Below are positions 19,249 through 25,441 of a stretch of 25,441 bases of DNA, piece by piece. The position numbers and the translations under genes are program-made. The notes under the pieces were generated by a model. That model was not told the origin of the DNA. It saw only the letters and a list, made by a program, of their open reading frames with translations, and made no database searches. The DNA comes from Nitrospinota bacterium (lineage in GTDB: Bacteria; UBA8248), in the NCBI GenBank assembly GCA_046581755.1, contig JAYGFR010000245.1, forward strand, positions 1 to 25,441. Reading direction: 5' to 3'. How positions within the stretch are numbered: the stretch's first letter is position 1; each line of letters begins with the position of its first letter.

Positions 19249-19435
19249 ATGAAAAGCCTGAAAGCGCTGTTTTTTTGGCATTGTCGTTGCCTCGCTGCTC
19301 CTGTTGAGCGGCCCGGCCGCCAATGCGTCCTACCACGCCAAGAATCCGTGTAATCCCTGCGCGGCCAAGAACCCATGCAATCCCTGCGCGGCGAAAAATC
19401 CTTGCGCGGCGAAGAACCCCTGCGCAAAGAAGTAG
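19249..19435 (+). CDS. Secreted Cys-rich NPC/AAK-repeat peptide, frameshifted by one extra T in a T7 tract
   Basis: GGAGG RBS, ATG 19249; removing one T at 19270-19276 gives MKSLKALFFGIVVASLLLLSGPAANA-SYHAKNPCNPCAAKNPCNPCAAKNPCAAKNPCAKK*; repeats differ only at synonymous positions. Confidence 0.85.
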
Positions 19436-19578
19436 TCGTTTCGCTGTCGAGATAGATACAGGCCCGGGGGAGAGGGTATCCTCTTCCCCGGGTATTTCTT
19501 TGCCAGCCGCCGGCCCGGCTTTTTGTGGCCGCGCCGGGCAGGGGAGCGCGTCCCCGTTAATCCACCGGAGCCCTGTCG

Positions 19579-20880
19579 ATGATACGCAAGCGTGCGGGCA
19601 GTGTCCTGATGCGAGCCGCCTGGCTTGTTTTTGCTGCCGCTCTCGTCCAGTGGCCGGGTCTTTCGCCCCATCTTCCTTCACCCGCCATGGCGGCTCCGTT
19701 CACCGCGGATAAAACTCGCCCGCCGGGCAAATGGAAAAACGTTCTCGAATTCGTCAAGAATCATTGGCGCACCCCCGTTCCCCCGATGGGGAAGGCCCCC
19801 GCCTCCTACCGTGGCCGGGAGCGCTCTCTGCTGCCCCGGGATTGTGGCAGCTGCCATCCCGACCAATTTGAGCAGTGGAAGACGACGCTTCACGCCGACG
19901 CCATGAGCCCGGGCATCTACGGCCAGACCGTGGATATGTGGGCCTCCAACCCCGGCGGAGCCCAGAACTGCAACGAATGCCACGCCCCCCTTTCCGAGCA
20001 GCAAAAGAAAATCCTCCAGGGGCGCGGCCCCCTCGCGGGCTGGGGGGACAACCCCGGCTACATCCGAGAACTCGAGATGGCGGGTCTCGCCTGCGCCGCC
20101 TGCCATGTCAGAAACTGGCGCATCCATGGCCCGCCCAAGCAGGACGCAAAGCCCGGCGCGAGCGGCTCCACCGCCACCGGCAAGCACGGCGGCGTAGAGC
20201 GCACCCCCTTCTTCGAGCGCTCCGAGTTCTGCATGGGCTGCCACCAGTTCACCTCCGGCGGACCCAACGGCAAGGCCATCCAGAACACCTACAACGAGTG
20301 GAAAGCCAGCCTCTGGGGCAAGGAGGGTGTCCAGTGCCAGAGCTGCCACATGCCCAAGCGGCGCCATCTCTGGCGCGGCATCCACGACAAGGAGATGACC
20401 CAGGGCGCCGTCACCCTTGAAGTCGAACTCGACAAAAAAGCCCCCGCCGGCATCGCCGCCGCCCGGATCGTCATCACCAACACCGGCGCCGGCCATTACT
20501 TCCCGACCTACATCACCCCCTCGGTGGACGTCATCGCCGAGCTCGAGGACGCCGCCGGAAACCCCATCCCCGGCACCCGCCAGGTCCAGGTCATCGAGCG
20601 CAAACTATCGTCCAACTTCTCCCGCGAGATCTACGACACGCGCATCCCGCCCCAAAAATCCTTCGTCATGACCTACCGCCGCGGCCGGCCCCCCCGCGCC
20701 GCGCGCCTCCGTGTCCGCGTCCACGTCCGCCCCGACGCCTTCTACCTCCGGTTTTTCACCCAGACCCTCCGCGGCCGCCACTCCCCCAAGGCCCGCCGGC
20801 TCCTGGAGGAGGCCAAAAAGCGCGCAGAGAACTCCGCCTTCAACATCTACGACGACCGGATCGATCTGGATAAAGGATAG
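19579..20880 (+). CDS. Periplasmic pentaheme c-type cytochrome with C-terminal non-heme domain
   Basis: Signal-like N-terminus; five CxxCH (CGSCH, CNECH, CAACH, CMGCH, CQSCH); NTGAGHYFPT motif after the last heme. Confidence 0.93.
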   Translation: MIRKRAGSVLMRAAWLVFAAALVQWPGLSPHLPSPAMAAPFTADKTRPPGKWKNVLEFVKNHWRTPVPPMGKAPASYRGRERSLLPRDCGSCHPDQFEQWKTTLHADAMSPGIYGQTVDMWASNPGGAQNCNECHAPLSEQQKKILQGRGPLAGWGDNPGYIRELEMAGLACAACHVRNWRIHGPPKQDAKPGASGSTATGKHGGVERTPFFERSEFCMGCHQFTSGGPNGKAIQNTYNEWKASLWGKEGVQCQSCHMPKRRHLWRGIHDKEMTQGAVTLEVELDKKAPAGIAAARIVITNTGAGHYFPTYITPSVDVIAELEDAAGNPIPGTRQVQVIERKLSSNFSREIYDTRIPPQKSFVMTYRRGRPPRAARLRVRVHVRPDAFYLRFFTQTLRGRHSPKARRLLEEAKKRAENSAFNIYDDRIDLDKG

Positions 20881-21041
20881 GCAGAAAGGATCCTCCGCAA
20901 ACTCCCGAAATTTCCCGCCCCCGCCCTTGCCGGGTGGAGGTCTCTAATGACAGGCCCCCTCCAACTCTCTGCGGCGTAATTTACATAAAATGAAAAAAAT
21001 GGAGCTACCGGAAATGCGCGGAGATTCGCGGTGGCGGAGCC

Positions 21042-21803
21042 CTAAAATAATCCGACGAGATTTTTGGCGAGCAGCGAGATTCCGACGATGCCGAGGAGGC
21101 CCATGACGAGGCGCTCGAAGATGGTCTGGGAAAGGGTTTGGCGGAAGCGGTTGCCGAGCCACGTGCCGAGGGTGGCGGGCGCGAGCATGAGCAGGCTCTG
21201 CCAGCCGGCACCCGAGGTGTAGCTGTCCAGGCTCGCGAAGGTGATCACCTGGACCAGGAGAAAGGAGGCCGCCACCGTGCTGATGAGAAAAACGAAGGCG
21301 TCCTTGGGCACCCCGGAGAAGTTGAGATAAAGGACTATCGGCGGGGCGGGCATCATCAACGAGCCGTGGATTAAGCCCGCCGCGCATCCCCATAGGGCGG
21401 AGACCCACCGCGCGCCCATCCCGGCTATTTTCGCCGGCTCCAAGCCCCCCAGCCGCATCGCCACGACGATGAGGATAAAGACGCCGATGCCCACGCGGGT
21501 GATCCCGGCCGGCATCCATACCACAAGCCGAACCCCGGCCGGAACGAAGAGGATGCCCATGAAAAGAAAAATGGCGACCCGGCGAATGGCGCGCCACTCC
21601 GCCCAGGTGAGGGCGATGGCGTAGAGATTGAGCAAAAAGATGGGGATCGCCATCCAGGCCATGGCTGCCGAGGGCGGCATCACCATGGAGAGAAAAGGCA
21701 CCGTCGTCACGATGAGGCCGAAGCCTATCGTCCCCTTAGCGAAGCCGCCGAAAAGCAGGACGGCCGTCAGGAAGAGAACGAGCGCGGGGGAGAGTTCGGG
21801 CAC
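21042..21803 (-). CDS. TSUP / TauE-SafE family (sulfite exporter-like) membrane protein
   Basis: GGFAKGTIGFG and AGLIHGSLMMPAPP duplicated Gly-rich helix motifs, about 8 TM segments. Confidence 0.9.
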   Translation of the reverse strand: MPELSPALVLFLTAVLLFGGFAKGTIGFGLIVTTVPFLSMVMPPSAAMAWMAIPIFLLNLYAIALTWAEWRAIRRVAIFLFMGILFVPAGVRLVVWMPAGITRVGIGVFILIVVAMRLGGLEPAKIAGMGARWVSALWGCAAGLIHGSLMMPAPPIVLYLNFSGVPKDAFVFLISTVAASFLLVQVITFASLDSYTSGAGWQSLLMLAPATLGTWLGNRFRQTLSQTIFERLVMGLLGIVGISLLAKNLVGLF

Positions 21804-21901
21804 GCGGTGGTTCCTCTGGTCTGGATTGCGGGGGCCGGTATGCCGGGACCCGGCCGGGGAGACTCTAGCACGGGGAGGCTCGATTCGCCCGCCGGGGGCC
21901 G

Positions 21902-22501
21902 TCAGGCTTGGTATCCGGCGCGAATTTCCGCGAGCGCCCGAAGAATTTCGGGCGGGCCCTCGGGCTCTCTCTCGACCTCGCCCATGGCGTAGTTCAGCCG
22001 GTTGGCGTAGATGCGGTAGCAGGCGCAGGCGATGGCATCCACGATGTTCTCCTCGCTCAGGCCGGTGGCGCGGAGGGCCTCGATGTCGCCCTCCTCGATG
22101 GTCTCGGGGTGGAGGGTGATTTTCCCGGCCAGGCGGAGGATGGCCCGGTCGGCTTCGTCCAGCGCGGGTGCGCTTCCGGGGTCGAGGAGGACCCCGGCCG
22201 CCTCGGCATCGGTGATGGATTCGGAATGCGCACGGAACGACCGCCCGTGGTTCACCGCTCAGCCGTATCAGCCGCCGTGGGCGGCGACGTAGAAGGAGAT
22301 CATCTCCTCGCGCCGGAGGCCCAGGGTGGTCTCGCCCCGGGTGGCGCTGCGCATGGCCTCGCGCCCGGCAAGGACGGGGGGCCGCCGCCCGAGGGCAAGC
22401 CGGAACTTCGAGACGGGCCGCCCCCGTTTCCGGAGGTTGTCAATAATCTCCTTCGAGGCGCCCTCGGCCTCGTCCAATTTCAAGGGCCGGATCCAGGTCA
22501 C
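21902..22501 (-). CDS. AhpD/carboxymuconolactone decarboxylase-family redox protein, predicted selenoprotein with UxxU motif (199 aa)
   Basis: Single frame from GTG 22501 to TGA 21902 with in-frame TGA at 22268-22270 and 22259-22261: EMISFYVAAHGG-U-YG-U-AVNHG, exactly the E-x11-CxxC-x3-H AhpD motif. Confidence 0.88.
22231..22249 (-). promoter_or_regulatory. Candidate bacterial SECIS hairpin
   Basis: CACGG-GC-GGUC-GU-U-CCGUG stem-loop with bulged U and GGUC apical loop, 16 nt after the second UGA and 25 nt after the first. Confidence 0.6.
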
Positions 22502-22768
22502 ATCCTCTCTCCTTCGGGCGGGGAGGGCGGTTTCCGGGAGGTTTCGCCCCCGGCGGCCGTCCCCGGAAACACTTATAATGACAGGGATAACGAGTATTTT
22601 TTAATTTTTTGAGACCGCTTAAAAACTATTCTAGGGGGCATTCGGCAAGAGATATTCCCCCCAAAATTATATCATAACAGAAGCTTTTCTATATAATTTG
22701 CTACTATTAAATATTTTATCGGTCCGGAGAAGCTCACTTTGGGACTTTTTCAGCAGTCTCTTTTTTTG

Positions 22769-22796
22769 TAAAGTCCCTTATAGAGGGGGCCGTTAA
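22769..22796 (+). promoter_or_regulatory. Putative sigma28 (FliA/SigD) promoter
   Basis: TAAA-N16-GCCGTTAA versus consensus TAAA-N15/16-GCCGATAA. Confidence 0.55.
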
Positions 22797-22836
22797 GGAC
22801 ATTGGGAAGGAAGAATGCTGCTCTGGAGATAAGAAG

Positions 22837-23025
22837 ATGTCCGCTCACGGAATACAAAGTTCATCGGGAGTTCAGGCCCTGGCCGCCGCGGGGGGGAGCC
22901 TACGAAATGCATCCGGCTCCCAGAACGCGGCTCTTCAGATTGTCCTCTCGGCTGTCCAGGTAGTGCAGGGCGCGGCTGCCTTGGTCGCTGGCGGACGAGG
23001 GGGGAGCCTCAACATACAGGCCTGA
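22837..23025 (+). CDS. Small protein resembling YjfB-like putative motility proteins
   Basis: GGAG RBS; 62 aa Ala/Gln/Ser-rich, ending GRGGSLNIQA (G-x-x-(L/I)-(D/N)-I-x-A terminus); downstream of a sigma28-like promoter. Confidence 0.6.
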   Translation: MSAHGIQSSSGVQALAAAGGSLRNASGSQNAALQIVLSAVQVVQGAAALVAGGRGGSLNIQA

Positions 23026-23186
23026 ACCGCCCGTACCGCACGATCCGCCGGTTTGGCTCGCCAGAGTTTTTCCGCCAGGAGGTTCCCGCCTATTTTTCCG
23101 CTTCGCACACACACCTGAATCCGAACAGAATATGCCGGGCCTTCGGGTCCCTGCCGTGCCGTGCCGCGCCGCTGCCCGCGCGATGC

Positions 23187-23303
23187 CCGGTCCGTGTCCG
23201 AAACGAGGGGCCAGAGCCGCTCGGGAGGCAGGTCGAAGTGCCATTCCCAGACAAAGGAATGAACCTCCCCCGGTTGCGCGGTGCCGCCGCCATCGCCTAT
23301 CAA
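23187..23303 (-). pseudogene. N-terminal remnant resembling SRPBCC/DUF5939-adenylate cyclase proteins
   Basis: HSFVWEWHFDLPPERLWPLVSDTDR resembles the W.W....PE.LWP.V.DT.R start of that family; similarity stops abruptly. Confidence 0.5.
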
Positions 23304-23429
23304 TGGAGAGCCTCACAGGGGGTTCCGGTGGAACCCCGGGGAATAGGGCGCATTTATCGAAAGGCCATAATTTGAGAGAATTATAGGCAGGCATACGGCC
23401 CCTCACAAGGGAATCCGGGAAGGAATATC

Positions 23430-24074
23430 ATGCGGCTCAACCCAGCGCTCATCGTCATTACCGACCGCGCAATTCTCGCGGGCGGATCGAACCTGCCCAT
23501 GTCCGACGCCGTGCGCGCGGCGGCGGCCGGCGGCGCGACCATCATCCAGCACCGCGAGAAACATCTCGAAGGGACGGCCTTTCTGCGGGAGGCCGACGAG
23601 CTCCGCGCCGCGCTCGAGAGATCGGGCTGCGCGTTCACGGTGAACGACCGGGTCGATATCGCTCTGGCATGCGGGGCCGAGGGTGTGCATCTGGGCCAGG
23701 GGGATCTCCCTCTTTCCCGGGCGAAGCGCCTGGTGGGGGATCGGCTGGCTTTTGGCGTTTCGGCCGGAAAAAACGAATGGGCGGCGCAGGCCGCCGAGGA
23801 CGGCGCGGACTATATCGGGGTGGGGCCCATCTATCCGACCGGCAGCAAGGAGAACACCCGGGCGCCCATCGGCCCCGAGGGTGTGGCCGGGGTGCTCGCC
23901 CACGCGGGAGGGGTTCCGGCGGTGGCCATCGGGGGGATGAACGCCGAAAACCTGGCGCCCGTCATCGCCGCCGGCGCGCGCGGGGTGGCGGTCATCGGCG
24001 CGGTGATGGGCGCGCCGGACATCGAGGCCGCCGCCCGCGAAATCAGAAGGCGGATCGAGGAGGCGGGAGCTTGA
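23430..24074 (+). CDS. thiE: Thiamine-phosphate synthase
   Basis: IQHREK, VNDRVDIALA, GVHLGQGDL, GADYIGVGPIYPTGSK, VAIGG. Confidence 0.97.
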   Translation: MRLNPALIVITDRAILAGGSNLPMSDAVRAAAAGGATIIQHREKHLEGTAFLREADELRAALERSGCAFTVNDRVDIALACGAEGVHLGQGDLPLSRAKRLVGDRLAFGVSAGKNEWAAQAAEDGADYIGVGPIYPTGSKENTRAPIGPEGVAGVLAHAGGVPAVAIGGMNAENLAPVIAAGARGVAVIGAVMGAPDIEAAAREIRRRIEEAGA

Positions 24075-25117
24075 CCAGCGAGGGCCAGGAGACAGCGGGG
24101 GGCTACGGCGAGTTCGCTCTCATCGAGCGCCTTCGCTCGAAGCTAAGCGCCTCGGCCAAGGGTCCCGGCGTCCTGGTGGGGATCGGGGACGATGCCGCTG
24201 TCATCGATGCCGGGGGCGGGAAGTGCTGGGTGATCTCCTGCGATGTCCAGGTGCAGGGGATGCATTTTCCGGCCGAGGGCGCCTCGGGGTTCAGCGTGGG
24301 CCACAAGGGGCTGGCGGTGAATGTCAGCGACGTGGCCGCCATGGGCGCGCGCCCTCTGTACGCGCTGATCTCGCTCGGGGTGCGGGATGAGACGCCGCTG
24401 TCGTTTCTCGATGAGGTGTACGAAAGCATCAACCGGGAGGCGCAAAATTTGAGCATGTCCGTGGTCGGCGGCAACGTGACCCGGACGGAGGGGCCGTTTT
24501 TCATCGATGTGTTCATCGCCGGAGAGGTGGAGCGGGAGTCCCTTCTTCTCAGGAGCGGAGCTCGGCCGGGCGATCAGATTCTTGTGACCGGCTCCCTCGG
24601 GAACGCCGCCGCGGGATTGTATCTCCTTAACCACCCGGAGACGAAGATCGGTCACGAGATCAAAACCATGCTGACCTATGCCCAGATCCGCCCCCAGCCC
24701 CGGGTGGAGGAAGCCCAAGCCATCTCCGCCCTCCGTCAGGCCACGGCCATGATGGACATTAGCGACGCGCTGGCGGGCGACATCGGGCATATCTGCGAGG
24801 CGAGCGGGACCGGGGCCGTGATCTGGGAGCACGAGCTGCCCATTTCGAGCGCGGCTCTCAACCTGGCCTCTGTCATCCTGACCGATCCCAAGGAATGGGC
24901 GCTCTATGGCGGGGAGGACTACCAACTCCTCCTCACGGCGCCGATATCGGCCGTACCGGCTCTTCAGGAGGCCGTCCGGGCGGCTGGCGGCGGGTCCCTG
25001 ACCCCCATCGGGGAGATTTTGCCCGCTTCGGAGGGGTTATGCCTCCAAAAGCGTTCCGGCCGGGTTCCCCTTGAGAAGCGCTCCTGGGATCATTTCGGAA
25101 AACCGGAGAAAATCTGA
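24071..25117 (+). CDS. thiL: Thiamine-monophosphate kinase
   Basis: GEFALIE, GIGDDAAV, VNVSDVAAMGARP, RSGARPGD, MDISD, GGEDYQLL, WDHF; TTG start overlapping the thiE stop. Confidence 0.96.
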   Translation: MTSEGQETAGGYGEFALIERLRSKLSASAKGPGVLVGIGDDAAVIDAGGGKCWVISCDVQVQGMHFPAEGASGFSVGHKGLAVNVSDVAAMGARPLYALISLGVRDETPLSFLDEVYESINREAQNLSMSVVGGNVTRTEGPFFIDVFIAGEVERESLLLRSGARPGDQILVTGSLGNAAAGLYLLNHPETKIGHEIKTMLTYAQIRPQPRVEEAQAISALRQATAMMDISDALAGDIGHICEASGTGAVIWEHELPISSAALNLASVILTDPKEWALYGGEDYQLLLTAPISAVPALQEAVRAAGGGSLTPIGEILPASEGLCLQKRSGRVPLEKRSWDHFGKPEKI

Positions 25118-25298
25118 AAATTTATTTGTGTAAATAATTGAAATATAAACCGTTACCTTGATCTCCCGGCGGCGGGAATCGAAACGCCCCCCCGTTCGGG
25201 GGATAGCGTTATTTTTATTGTCATATTTATTGGTTTTTTCCGCAGATGGGAGCTAAGCTGTTTATGGGGAGTCCTCGGACTCCTATCTTCCGCACCTC

Positions 25299-25339
25299 GG
25301 CCCCCGTCGGCGATCTCCTCCGGCGGGGGCCACTTTTTT
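25299..25339 (+). terminator. Rho-independent terminator
   Basis: 12-bp stem GGCCCCCGTCGG / CCGGCGGGGGCC followed by ACTTTTTT. Confidence 0.75.
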
Positions 25340-25441
25340 CCCGTATTTATCCAATTTGCCCCCCCCGGAATGCATGAAATTCAGGAAAAAATACCCCCGC
25401 GAGGATTATTTTATAGTGGTAATCATTTGATAAATATACGG

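Noticed and set aside
19340..19430. CRISPR array or non-coding tandem repeat
   Set aside because: No spacers, and variation is confined to third codon positions, so it is a coding repeat. No CRISPR array, transposase or rRNA was seen in the window.
23300..23429. TPP riboswitch upstream of thiE
   Set aside because: Small hairpins exist, but the CUGAGA and CUGAU...UAAU...GCG.AGGGA core motifs are absent.
23669..24070. N-terminal extension of ThiL in the ORF track
   Set aside because: Overlaps thiE in another frame; ThiL similarity starts after TTG 24071, which has its own RBS.

Overview
GC-rich bacterial chromosomal segment. Intact core genes (SRP RNA-dnaX-ybaB-recR, cyclophilin, serS, two tRNA-Ser, thiE-thiL) are interleaved with accessory genes: a luciferase-like monooxygenase / acyl-CoA ligase / crotonase operon, FkbM methyltransferase, thiol-dioxygenase-like cupin, receiver-TPR / TPR / PilZ cluster, GNAT, pentaheme cytochrome c and TSUP exporter. 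Several accessory genes are broken or reduced to fragments. The strongest hidden signal is at 21902-22501 (-): two ORFs split by the ORF track are one AhpD/CMD-family reading frame. Its catalytic CxxC is replaced by two in-frame UGA codons (U-Y-G-U) followed by a SECIS-like hairpin, i.e. a predicted double-selenocysteine (UxxU) AhpD, next to a TSUP exporter. Facing this pair are an unannotated secreted (NPC/AAK)-repeat Cys-rich peptide gene, frameshifted in a T7 tract, and a pentaheme cytochrome. Other items: an SRP RNA with a long extended helix, a sigma28-type promoter before a YjfB-like micro-protein, and SD-sequestering leader hairpins. All family calls come from motif recognition by eye; no searches were run.
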